The notes beneath the pieces are model-generated. The model was not told where the DNA came from, did not search any database, and was given only the letters and a program-made list of their open reading frames with translations. Below, piece after piece: positions 20,830 through 29,755 of a stretch of 64,000 nucleotides of DNA; within the stretch, counting starts at the first letter, position 1; the number at the start of each line of letters is the position of its first letter. A program made the translations under genes and the position numbers. The stretch is taken from NCBI GenBank assembly GCA_037481815.1, contig JBBFKX010000002.1, positions 96,001 to 160,000 of the forward strand. The letters run 5' to 3'. Source of the DNA: a candidate division WOR-3 bacterium (GTDB lineage: Bacteria; Hydrothermota; 32-111).

Positions 20830-21737
20830 TTCATATTCCTTCTAAGTATCTCTTTCAACTTTTCGTTCGCTAAATCAAGGTTATCCGATGAACCATAAAC
20901 TTTTACATCTGAATATTCCTTAACTTTGTTGTAATGAAAGATCGCTTTTTCAAAATCGCTCAATTCGAAATATATGTTACCAACATAAAGATGAGCATCA
21001 TCAAGTAATGATAGGGGAACAGGTTTATTGATGAAATCAAGAAACAGATTCAAAGCATCATCATAACTTTTTTTCTCATATTTTTCTTTTGCAATATAAA
21101 ATTTAAGTTCACCAGCGATCACTTTAAAATCCACATCTCCACTTGTTCCTTCAACCGAAAATTCATCCGAAGCTTTTTGAGAAATTAAAAGTGCTGTATC
21201 AAGTTTTTCTTCACTTTTATATATCTCTATCAGCATTTTGTAAACATTTACTTTTTCAGATGATGTTAAAGAGATGTTCAGAGAATTATTCAACATCAGT
21301 TTTGCCTTCTGGAAATCTCCACCATCATAGTAGTATTTCCCAAGATGATAAAAACCTATGTTAATATCATAAGTTGGACTCAGTTCTATTATTTTTAACC
21401 AATATTTCACTGAGTTTGCAGTATAACCTTTCATAAAATCTGTCATCGCAATATTTGAGTATGACTTTAAAATTCTCCCCTTTAAAGATGGATCGGTTTC
21501 AAGAGCAAGCGAGTATAGTGAATCCGCAACAGATAATTTTCTTAAATCTTTGTATGCCTCAGCGAGGTTAAAATAATCCTTGCCTGTTTTTTTACTCTTA
21601 TTTTCAAGTATGTTTATTACTTCGAAATACTTCTTTTCTGATAACATTTTTTCAATTTTATCACTCCCACGGTTTGAACATGATGTTAACAGAGAAGAAA
21701 AAAATAAAGCAAGAATTACAATGTATGGAAATTTCAT
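20826..21737 (-). CDS. TPR lipoprotein
   Basis: LTSC lipobox followed by several TPR motifs. Confidence 0.75.
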   Translation of the reverse strand: MKFPYIVILALFFSSLLTSCSNRGSDKIEKMLSEKKYFEVINILENKSKKTGKDYFNLAEAYKDLRKLSVADSLYSLALETDPSLKGRILKSYSNIAMTDFMKGYTANSVKYWLKIIELSPTYDINIGFYHLGKYYYDGGDFQKAKLMLNNSLNISLTSSEKVNVYKMLIEIYKSEEKLDTALLISQKASDEFSVEGTSGDVDFKVIAGELKFYIAKEKYEKKSYDDALNLFLDFINKPVPLSLLDDAHLYVGNIYFELSDFEKAIFHYNKVKEYSDVKVYGSSDNLDLANEKLKEILRRNMK

Positions 21738-22556
21738 TTAAAAAGTTACCTTTTCTAAAAATTTTGTTATCAGTTTTTTCAGGTTCTCTTCAGCCCTCTT
21801 TGCATTGTTCACTACATATTCAAAAGATACAGGTTCCATATGATCAGGAAGTCCCATATCTGTTATCACGGAAAAACCTACAACCGGAATATTCATATGT
21901 TTTGCTACCAGTGCTTCTGGAACTGTCGACATTCCAACAGCATCTGCACCAAGTATCCTTATCATTCTGTATTCAGCACCTGTTTCAAGGTTTGGTCCCT
22001 GAATTGCAAGGTATACTCCTTTTCTTAGAGGTATTTTAACTTCAAGTGCTGCTTCCTCAGCGATTTCCTGATATTTTTTAGGATACACTTCATAACCATC
22101 AGGGAATCTTGGACCAAGTTCATCAAGATTTTTTCCTCTTAATGGATTACCAGGTAAAAAGTTTATATGATCAGTAATAAGCATTATTTCGCCTGCTTTG
22201 AAAAGCGGGTTAACACCACCTGCTGCATTTGAAACTATCAGAAGTTTTGCTCCAAGATAGAGCATAACTCTAACTGGAAATGTTATCGTTTGGAAATCAT
22301 AACCTTCGTAATAATGGAATCTGCCAGCCATCGCTATAACCTTTTTTCCAGCCAGTTCACCAAATATAAGTTCACCAGCATGACTTTCAACAGTTGATAT
22401 CGGGAAATCTGGGATATCTTTGTATGAAAGTTTTGCTTTAACATTTATAATTTTCCCGAGTTCAGACATACCTGTGCCAAGGATTATCGCAACTTCAGGA
22501 TTCACAAAACCTTTTTCTTTTAAAAATTCAGATGTCTTTTTTATCTTCTCCATCAT
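21738..22556 (-). CDS. punA: Purine-nucleoside phosphorylase (trimeric type)
   Basis: IILGTG, GRFHYYEG, NAAGG, GPNLET.AE, VGMSTVPE; likely start 22556/22553. Confidence 0.94.
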   Translation of the reverse strand: MMEKIKKTSEFLKEKGFVNPEVAIILGTGMSELGKIINVKAKLSYKDIPDFPISTVESHAGELIFGELAGKKVIAMAGRFHYYEGYDFQTITFPVRVMLYLGAKLLIVSNAAGGVNPLFKAGEIMLITDHINFLPGNPLRGKNLDELGPRFPDGYEVYPKKYQEIAEEAALEVKIPLRKGVYLAIQGPNLETGAEYRMIRILGADAVGMSTVPEALVAKHMNIPVVGFSVITDMGLPDHMEPVSFEYVVNNAKRAEENLKKLITKFLEKVTF

Positions 22557-23106
22557 TTTCACCTTCCTTTTTAATTTGACTGAATAATGAACCAAGATTT
22601 ATTATCTTTTCTGGATGTTCTCTTAAGACCTTGTTTATCTCGTTAACTTCTATCTTATGTTCAACAACTTCCTGATCAAGTGTTTTGAAATATGATTCAA
22701 GGATGCCTCTAAACCTTGATAGGAAATTGTTTTTTAAGGTGATCAAACTTTTTATCTCATTTTTAAGATTGTTGAGTTCAGCCCTTGAACTCGCAAGGTA
22801 CGCTTCCGCTTCAAGTTGCGCGTTCTTTTTGATGATTTCTGCCTCTTTCAAAGCGTTTGCCCTGAGTTCAGATGAACTTTTCGTTGCTGATGTTAATGTT
22901 TCCTGTAATGTCTTTTCAAGATTTTTATACCTTTCGAGTTCCTTTGATAGGTTTTCAACCTGTTCTTTTAAACTGTAATTTTCTTTTAAAAGTTCTTCAA
23001 ACTGCTCTGAAACTGTATTCAAAAAGGTTGTTACCTCATGTATATCATAACCTTTCAAAGATTTTTTGAATTCCTGTTTTTTTATCTCCAAAGGAGTTAT
23101 ATCCAT
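22528..23106 (-). CDS. DivIVA domain protein
   Basis: ITPLEI.KQEFKKSLKGYD..EV..FL followed by coiled coil. Confidence 0.92.
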   Translation of the reverse strand: MDITPLEIKKQEFKKSLKGYDIHEVTTFLNTVSEQFEELLKENYSLKEQVENLSKELERYKNLEKTLQETLTSATKSSSELRANALKEAEIIKKNAQLEAEAYLASSRAELNNLKNEIKSLITLKNNFLSRFRGILESYFKTLDQEVVEHKIEVNEINKVLREHPEKIINLGSLFSQIKKEGENDGEDKKDI

Positions 23107-23129
23107 TTTTCCTCCTGATATAAAAAATT

Positions 23130-23157
23130 ATTATATACCTGTAAACAAAAAAATCAA
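23130..23157 (-). promoter_or_regulatory. sigma70-type promoter upstream of the DivIVA gene
   Basis: Minus strand TTGATT, 16 nt, TATAAT; AGGAGG before ATG 23106. Confidence 0.6.
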
Positions 23158-23176
23158 TAATTTAAGGTTTTAAAAT

Positions 23177-24646
23177 TCACATAAAAAATCTGAAACCACA
23201 ATTTATCGACACCCCTTTTGGAGAATACCCTCCACCACCACTCCAGAAATATTGTGTTTTCACATTTAAAAATTTTAATAAGCCAAATGAAAATCCAAAA
23301 CCAAAACACCTTGGTTTAGACATCGATTTGTTAACATTATTTGAAAAATCAAACAATGATATCAGATCACATGAAAATTCAAGTGAAAAAGAGTTAAAAC
23401 CACTTAACATAACAACAGGCAAATATTTCCCAAAAGTTTCTCCCTCTTTTGCAGGTGAAAAGTAGTAACCAATATATACCCCCCCACCATCTTCTAGAAT
23501 TCCAATCCCTCCACCAAAATAGTTTCTCCCAACCGATCTCATATAATCGAGATTTACAAAAAAACCTTCATCTTTTATTCTAAAACCACTACCTGAACTA
23601 TAATCCTGATATGAGTATGAACCAGAAGAGTAACCAGAAACTTCCTCATACTTATTTTTTAAATTTATTGTTTTTTTATCATACTCACCATAGAACTCTT
23701 TTGCATTGATATACGCCTGATAGTAATTCTCCTCTGCCTGTTTGTAATCATATTTTTGTTCGTATGTTAATCCAAGCCAATCGTAAAGATTGATCACATT
23801 TTTTTTTGAATCTAATGATTTATAGTTATCGAGTGATTTTTTAAAATAAACTATCGATGAGTCATAGTTATATTGATCGTAATAAACCCTTCCGATAAGA
23901 TAATAATTGAACGCATTGAATGAATATTCCTGTGGGAATTTTTCACCAATCTGCATTGCTGAAAAAAGATTTTTTTTAGCTTTTTCGTAAGATTTATTGT
24001 AATAGTATGATTCCCCAAGTCGAGAATAATCGTAAGCAAGATATTCAAAATCTTTTCTTGGATCCTTTTGGGAAGTTTTTGATAACATGTTTTTATCAAA
24101 TTCTAAAATTTTCTCAAAATAAACAATCGCACTATCATAGTTATTCACATTGTATAAATAAATCTGACCTATATAAAATAAAACAAACGATATTTTACTA
24201 TTCTGATCGTCAAACTGATAAAAGTATTTTTTCGATTTTTTATAATAATCAAGCGCCTGATAATAATTTTTATCGCTCTCTTCTAAATTCCCAAGATAAT
24301 AGTAATAATGACTGATAAGAAAATTTTTATCATCTTCATACTGTTTTGCCTGATTCAAATATTTTTTTGCTTTTTCATAGTTTCCTTTCTCAAAGTATGA
24401 TGCACCAACATAAAAAAGAGCTCCAAATTTGTAACCTTCTGAATAATAGGTAAATAAATTTTCATCGTTGACAATAGGTTCATCTATTTTGATAATTTCA
24501 TCATAAGATTTTAAATAAAAAAAAGATAAAGAATCAAGTTGTAAACTGGCTTTTTCTAAATCATCTAAATAACCATCTTCTGATGAAGAAAAAATATTAA
24601 GAGATAATAAAATTATGATTATTAAAATAAAATTTTTCATAATCAC
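23177..24646 (-). CDS. Secreted TPR protein with possible C-terminal beta-barrel
   Basis: Signal peptide, Tyr-rich TPRs, S/G/Y linker, alternating Gly/aromatic C-terminal strands. Confidence 0.65.
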   Translation of the reverse strand: MIMKNFILIIIILLSLNIFSSSEDGYLDDLEKASLQLDSLSFFYLKSYDEIIKIDEPIVNDENLFTYYSEGYKFGALFYVGASYFEKGNYEKAKKYLNQAKQYEDDKNFLISHYYYYLGNLEESDKNYYQALDYYKKSKKYFYQFDDQNSKISFVLFYIGQIYLYNVNNYDSAIVYFEKILEFDKNMLSKTSQKDPRKDFEYLAYDYSRLGESYYYNKSYEKAKKNLFSAMQIGEKFPQEYSFNAFNYYLIGRVYYDQYNYDSSIVYFKKSLDNYKSLDSKKNVINLYDWLGLTYEQKYDYKQAEENYYQAYINAKEFYGEYDKKTINLKNKYEEVSGYSSGSYSYQDYSSGSGFRIKDEGFFVNLDYMRSVGRNYFGGGIGILEDGGGVYIGYYFSPAKEGETFGKYLPVVMLSGFNSFSLEFSCDLISLFDFSNNVNKSMSKPRCFGFGFSFGLLKFLNVKTQYFWSGGGGYSPKGVSINCGFRFFM

Positions 24647-25320
24647 CTCTCAATAATAGTGTCAAGATTTATAACAACACCAACAGGGGTATAAGTACCA
24701 TACACATCGTAAATATATTCTGAATCCTTAACCATCCCAATACCCTCTTTATACCACCTTATAAATTCATAAACATATCCATAGTAAAATTCTCTTTCAA
24801 AAAATTTGACCTTCACTTTCCAGCATCCATCATAACCGTTGACATCCTCTCTACCTTCAACAGATGCAACAAGTGTGTCATACGATGAAAAAAAATAATA
24901 ATTTCCAGAATGGCCTTCCCATTTTTTACCTACATAAAGTGGAAAGTCCAAAAATTTTATTGGATACTCTGTAAACAAACTGGTTCCATAGGAAAAAAAT
25001 CCAAAATTGTTGATCGAGTAATAAATGTTATCATAATACCATAAAATATTACCAATACTATCATAAGCATATTTATTTAATACCCATAACTTATCACCGG
25101 TATCAATTTCTATCTGGTCTTCATTATAAAAATATTCAAGTTTTGCAACATTGTAATATGTACTGGTTCCATTGTTAAAAACAGAATACACATAAATTTT
25201 TTTTGGATCAACAGGCATAACCTCCTTTCCTGCACTATCGGAGAAAGGATTATATGGCCCTGAGCAGGATAGCAAAAATAAAACAAAAATTATGGGAAAA
25301 AAGATAATTTTTCTTTTCAT
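24643..25320 (-). CDS. Hypothetical lipoprotein
   Basis: LLSC lipobox; PLYVGKKW and WYKEGIGMVK beta-rich motifs. Confidence 0.7.
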   Translation of the reverse strand: MKRKIIFFPIIFVLFLLSCSGPYNPFSDSAGKEVMPVDPKKIYVYSVFNNGTSTYYNVAKLEYFYNEDQIEIDTGDKLWVLNKYAYDSIGNILWYYDNIYYSINNFGFFSYGTSLFTEYPIKFLDFPLYVGKKWEGHSGNYYFFSSYDTLVASVEGREDVNGYDGCWKVKVKFFEREFYYGYVYEFIRWYKEGIGMVKDSEYIYDVYGTYTPVGVVINLDTIIER

Positions 25321-25340
25321 ACAATCTCCCTTTTTTTTTG

Positions 25341-25368
25341 ATTTTACTTAAACATTTTTCACTGTCAA
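25341..25368 (-). promoter_or_regulatory. sigma70-type promoter for the lipoprotein-TPR pair
   Basis: Minus strand TTGACA (25368-25363), 16 nt, TAAAAT (25346-25341). Confidence 0.7.
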
Positions 25369-25480
25369 TAAAATTTTTTATTTTATCTTTGGGGACGGTG
25401 CTTGACTTTTTGACATTTTTCTGTAACTATTCTAAAAAACATATCTTGTAAAAAATAAAACACAGGTTAAAATTGAAAAA

Positions 25481-26068
25481 ATGGATTTAACAAAGATACT
25501 TTCTATAATCTATATTTCGACCTTTTTTCTGGTGGTTTTAATAAATTCCCTTTTTAAATTGAAAAGAGAGAAAAACCATCTTTTTAACTTTTCTTTGAAA
25601 AATCAAGATGGTGTTTATTCATTGATAATTTTTTCTTTCACAAACATATTCTTTTTTGAAATCTTTCGAAACATCTTTTTTCCTTTCAACGATTTTATAT
25701 TTAAAAATTTTTTCAACCACTTTCTTTTCAAAATTTTTTCTGCTATACTTTTTTTGTTTGGAATAATACTTTATATCAGATCTCTGGTCGATTTAAACAG
25801 TGAGTGGGTGGTTGGAACAGATTCACAAAAAGTAAAACGACTTGCAACAAAAGGTACTTATTCTTATACAAGAAATCCAATCTATATTTTTTTCATGATA
25901 TTTTATTTTTCTATCTTTTTACTTTTTGGATCAATTGAAATGTTTTTATTTTTTATAGTTGCAACATTCATATTTTACAGAATCATTTTAATCGAAGAAA
26001 AAGAACTTGAAGAAAAATTTAAGCGTGAATATATAGATTATAAGAAAAGAGTAAAAAGATTTGTTTGA
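25481..26068 (+). CDS. Isoprenylcysteine carboxyl/phospholipid methyltransferase family membrane protein
   Basis: L.TKG.YSYTRNPIY, EEKELEEKF..EY.DYK.RV.RF. Confidence 0.85.
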   Translation: MDLTKILSIIYISTFFLVVLINSLFKLKREKNHLFNFSLKNQDGVYSLIIFSFTNIFFFEIFRNIFFPFNDFIFKNFFNHFLFKIFSAILFLFGIILYIRSLVDLNSEWVVGTDSQKVKRLATKGTYSYTRNPIYIFFMIFYFSIFLLFGSIEMFLFFIVATFIFYRIILIEEKELEEKFKREYIDYKKRVKRFV

Positions 26069-26075
26069 ATTCTTC

Positions 26076-26149
26076 TGGCTGGGGAGCAGGGATTCGAACC
26101 CCGATAGCATGATCCAGAGTCATGAGTCCTGCCGTTGGACGACTCCCCA
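26076..26149 (-). tRNA. tRNA-Gln(CTG), CCA encoded
   Basis: TGGGGAG...CATGA-CT-CTG-GA-TCATG...GGTTCGAATCC...CTCCCCAGCCA. Confidence 0.96.
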
Positions 26150-26173
26150 ATTTTTTTATAAGGTATTAAAGAG

Positions 26174-26245
26174 TAGCGGTACGGGGAATCGAACCCCGGT
26201 TTTATGGCTGAGAACCACACGTCCTAGCCGCTAGACGATACCGCC
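26174..26245 (-). tRNA. tRNA-Glu(CTC), CCA not encoded
   Basis: GGCGGTA...TGTGG-TT-CTC-AG-CCATA...GGTTCGATTCC...TACCGCTA. Confidence 0.96.
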
Positions 26246-26249
26246 ATTT

Positions 26250-27677
26250 TTAGATTTCTAATATATCAGATTCAAGAACTTTTGTCAAGCGTTTGAGAAC
26301 CTCATCTTTTCCCAAAATCTCCATCATCAAGAACAACGATGGGCCTTCAGTTCTCCCTGAGAGAGCAACTCTCGTTGGATGTATTATATCACCACCTTTT
26401 ATTCCCGTTTTTTCAACATAGTTTTTGAAAACTCTTTCAATCTCATGTTCAGAAAAATCATCAAGATTTTTCAAATCTTCTGTTAAAACTTTCAGATGTT
26501 TCAACTTCTCTTCAACAAAATGTTTCTCAACTCCCTTCTTATCATACTCTTTTATATCATTGAAGAAGAACTCTGTTAAATATGGGAAATCTTTCAAATA
26601 TCTTGCTTTCTCTTTTACACTGAAAATTATCTTTAAAACCTTTTCCTTATCAAATTTTTCAATGTCTATCCCATACTCTTTATAAAAAGGTTTTACAAGT
26701 TCATAAAGTTTTTCATCAGAACTGTTTGTGATATATTTTGAGTTCATCCATTCAAGTTTTTTATAATCAAATACTCCACCTTTTTTTGCAACTCTATCAA
26801 AAGAGAACAGTTCAATCATCTCATCGATCGTTAAAATCTCCCTGTTATCACCTGGACTCCAGCCGATCAACGCTATGAAGTTAACAAACGCCTCAGGCAA
26901 CACCCCCATATCCCTGAAAGCAAGAACAGAAACTGTTCCAGATCTTTTTGAAAGTTTTGCTTTGTTTTCATCGAGTATCAAAGGAAGATGTGCAAACTCT
27001 GGTGGTTTAACACCGAGTAATCTATAAATATGGATCTGTTTAAAAGTGTTTGATATATGGTCATCACCCCTTATCACATGGGTTATTTCCATCCTGTAAT
27101 CATCAATAACAACTGCGAAATTGTAAACAGGTGTATTATCACTTCTTACAATTATAAAATCCTCTATCTCACTGTTATCCTTCTCTATCCTTCCATGGAT
27201 CAGATCATCAAAATAGGTTTTACCTTCAGGGATAAAAACTCGCCAGACATACGGTTTTTTTTCTTGAAGATTTTTTTCAATCTCTTCTTTTGACAGGTTT
27301 AAACATTTTCTATCATATTTCCACGCCTTCTTCTGTGCAATAACCTGATTTTTTCTTTCTTCCAACTCTTCTGGAGTACAAAAACATCTATATATTCCAC
27401 CACTCTTTTCAAGTTGTGGAATATGATCTATATAATGTGAAAAATAGTCGGACTGAAAAAATGGTCCTTCATCATAGTCAAGTCCAAGCCATTTAAGTCC
27501 TTCGATGATTATCTCTGTCATCTCTTTAGATGACCTTTCAACATCAGTATCCTCAATCCTCAATATGAATTTTCCTTTATTTTTCTTTGCAAAAAGATAA
27601 TTGTAAAGTGCAGTCCTTGCTGTTCCAACATGAAGATAACCTGTTGGACTGGGTGCTATTCTAACTCTTACTGTCAT
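26250..27677 (-). CDS. gltX: Glutamate--tRNA ligase
   Basis: APSPTGYLHVG, RIEDTD, RGDDH, KLSKR; start ATG 27677 after GGAGG. Confidence 0.98.
   Translation of the reverse strand: MTVRVRIAPSPTGYLHVGTARTALYNYLFAKKNKGKFILRIEDTDVERSSKEMTEIIIEGLKWLGLDYDEGPFFQSDYFSHYIDHIPQLEKSGGIYRCFCTPEELEERKNQVIAQKKAWKYDRKCLNLSKEEIEKNLQEKKPYVWRVFIPEGKTYFDDLIHGRIEKDNSEIEDFIIVRSDNTPVYNFAVVIDDYRMEITHVIRGDDHISNTFKQIHIYRLLGVKPPEFAHLPLILDENKAKLSKRSGTVSVLAFRDMGVLPEAFVNFIALIGWSPGDNREILTIDEMIELFSFDRVAKKGGVFDYKKLEWMNSKYITNSSDEKLYELVKPFYKEYGIDIEKFDKEKVLKIIFSVKEKARYLKDFPYLTEFFFNDIKEYDKKGVEKHFVEEKLKHLKVLTEDLKNLDDFSEHEIERVFKNYVEKTGIKGGDIIHPTRVALSGRTEGPSLFLMMEILGKDEVLKRLTKVLESDILEI
26260..26288 (-). promoter_or_regulatory. Promoter for tRNA-Glu/tRNA-Gln inside the gltX 3' end
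   Basis: Minus strand TTGACA (26288-26283), 17 nt, TATATT with TGn extension, ending 14 nt before the tRNA 5' end. Confidence 0.6.
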
Positions 27678-29160
27678 TTTGCCTCCGTGCAATCTTTATA
27701 TATACGAAAAGAATGAAAATGTAGAGTAAAATTTTTCCAGCAATATTATCAGAATTAACAAAAAAAGTCAACCTATCGTTAAATTTAACAGTTTCGGTTT
27801 TAAACTCTTTCTTTCCGATAGAACTTCTCCAGATTATGTTTCCATACCAATCTATTACAGCAGAAATTCCTGGATTTGAAACTCTCACCAGATATCTTCT
27901 ATTTTCGACTGATCTTAAAATACCAGAATAAAAATGTTGTTTTAAACCATCACCTTTTATAAACCAGACATCTTCAGAAACATTTATCAGAAACTCTGCA
28001 CCGTTTTTTGAAAAACCTGAAACGAATTTTGGAAAGATCGATTCAAAACAGATGTAACCTGAAAATCTATTTTCGTTATAAGTAAAAACTTTCTGGGTTT
28101 TTCCAGGAGAATATTCGCCCTGTCCATAATCAAGTTTTTTTATTAAAGAAACTTTATCATCATAAGGTAAATGTTCGACAAAAGGTACAAGTCGTATTTT
28201 ATCATAGTATTCTATTGAAGAATCAGGTTTGAAAAGGAAAATTGAATTATAGTATTTATCATCCTCTTGAGATTCCCTTATCGCTCCAATGAGAATAAAT
28301 CTTTTATTTACAGACGAAAAATCTTTTAAGTATCTTCTAAAGGGTGATTCGTATGAAAAGAATATCGGTGAGGATGTTTCGGGAAACACCAATATTTCAC
28401 CATCATCCTGCAACGATAATTCAAGGAGTTCTTTTATCATATTGACTCTGTAATCTATAAAATCTCTGTATGACTCTTTCATGTAACCTTCAAGGTTTGG
28501 CTGTATCAAAGTGATTCTTGTTTTTTTATCGTTTGTTGAAAAATCTTTCTTCAAAGAATATATCCCATAATAAAAGATAAAAAGGAAAAAAATTATAAAG
28601 ATCAAAAAATAGAGTTTTACATTTTTCCAATCTGTAAAACTTTTATATATCAAAACTGCAAAAAGTATCACAAAAAATGTTATCAGGTATGAACCACCGA
28701 TATCAGCTGTTTGAATAAGAAGAGGATATTTTACAAGAGAAACTGAAGGGAACAACCATATAAAAGAGAAATCTCTTGTTGAACTCATTAAAATCTCTAT
28801 AACAGAATAAGCAATCGGAATCACAAAAATTTCAAAATTTTTTATTGAAAAAATAAAAAAAGGTATTGAAAAAAGAAAAGCATAGAGTGCGGAAAGGAAA
28901 AACCATCCAAAAAATAAAAGAACCTTCTGAAGACCAGTGAGATCAACATTCAGATTCAAAATCCAAAGAAGTGTCAATAACCAGTAGATAAAAAAGATCA
29001 AAAATGTTACCTTTTTTCTGTTCTTTTTGAAAAGTGAAATTGTAAAAATAATCAAAGCAAAAAAGGGAATATAAAGAAAACCAAAATCCATGATTTTGAG
29101 AGAAAGATATAGAAAAAATGGTGATAAAAAAACTAGAAGAAATTTAATAAAAGTAAACAT
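27661..29160 (-). CDS. lnt: Apolipoprotein N-acyltransferase
   Basis: TM N-terminus; nitrilase triad FPET / YDK.RLVPF.E / ICFES. Confidence 0.93.
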   Translation of the reverse strand: MFTFIKFLLVFLSPFFLYLSLKIMDFGFLYIPFFALIIFTISLFKKNRKKVTFLIFFIYWLLTLLWILNLNVDLTGLQKVLLFFGWFFLSALYAFLFSIPFFIFSIKNFEIFVIPIAYSVIEILMSSTRDFSFIWLFPSVSLVKYPLLIQTADIGGSYLITFFVILFAVLIYKSFTDWKNVKLYFLIFIIFFLFIFYYGIYSLKKDFSTNDKKTRITLIQPNLEGYMKESYRDFIDYRVNMIKELLELSLQDDGEILVFPETSSPIFFSYESPFRRYLKDFSSVNKRFILIGAIRESQEDDKYYNSIFLFKPDSSIEYYDKIRLVPFVEHLPYDDKVSLIKKLDYGQGEYSPGKTQKVFTYNENRFSGYICFESIFPKFVSGFSKNGAEFLINVSEDVWFIKGDGLKQHFYSGILRSVENRRYLVRVSNPGISAVIDWYGNIIWRSSIGKKEFKTETVKFNDRLTFFVNSDNIAGKILLYIFILFVYIKIARRQNDSKS

Positions 29161-29755
29161 TCCTGTTTTCCACTTTCCATTTCGAAAAGAGCAATTTTTT
29201 CATAACCTCAAAATAAAGTTGATGTTCCTTCTCAAGAATCTTTTTCGAAACATCTTCAACACTTCTGGCATCTGAAATATCAACACAAATCTGTGCTATT
29301 ATTGGTCCAGTATCAACACCTTTGTCAACAAAATGAACAGTGCATCCTGAAATTTTTACACCATACTCAAATGCCTGCTTCTGTGCATCTTTTCCTTTGA
29401 ATGAAGGTAGAAGAGAAGGATGGATGTTTACAATTTTCAAATAATATTTTTCAACTATTTTTGTAGGTATTATTCTCATAAAGCCCGCAAGGAGAATAAG
29501 GTCTGGAGAAAAATCTTCAAGTATCTCTAAAAGTTCGACTTCTCCCTCATCTTCAATCTTCCATCCTTTTTTAAGATTTTTTAAAACTTTTGTTTCAACA
29601 TTAAACTTTTCTGCCTTTTTCAAACCTTCTGCATCAGGATTATCCGATATTACAAGAAAATCTATCGGAAGTTTTTCTTCAAAAGATTTTACAAGAAGGG
29701 ACTCCATGTTGGAGCCCCTTCCAGATATGAATATTGCAACCCTTTTATCCATCAC
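29144..29755 (-). CDS. purN: Phosphoribosylglycinamide formyltransferase
   Basis: ISGRGSNM, LAGFMRI, NIHPSLLP, GCTVHFV..GVDTGPII. Confidence 0.97.
   Translation of the reverse strand: MMDKRVAIFISGRGSNMESLLVKSFEEKLPIDFLVISDNPDAEGLKKAEKFNVETKVLKNLKKGWKIEDEGEVELLEILEDFSPDLILLAGFMRIIPTKIVEKYYLKIVNIHPSLLPSFKGKDAQKQAFEYGVKISGCTVHFVDKGVDTGPIIAQICVDISDARSVEDVSKKILEKEHQLYFEVMKKLLFSKWKVENRNVYFY

Noticed and set aside
25402..25433. Tandem TTGACT/TTGACA on the plus strand before the methyltransferase
   Set aside because: No convincing -10 hexamer at 16-18 nt spacing from either
26038..26220. 60-aa minus-strand ORF
   Set aside because: It overlaps two tRNA genes and is a translation artefact
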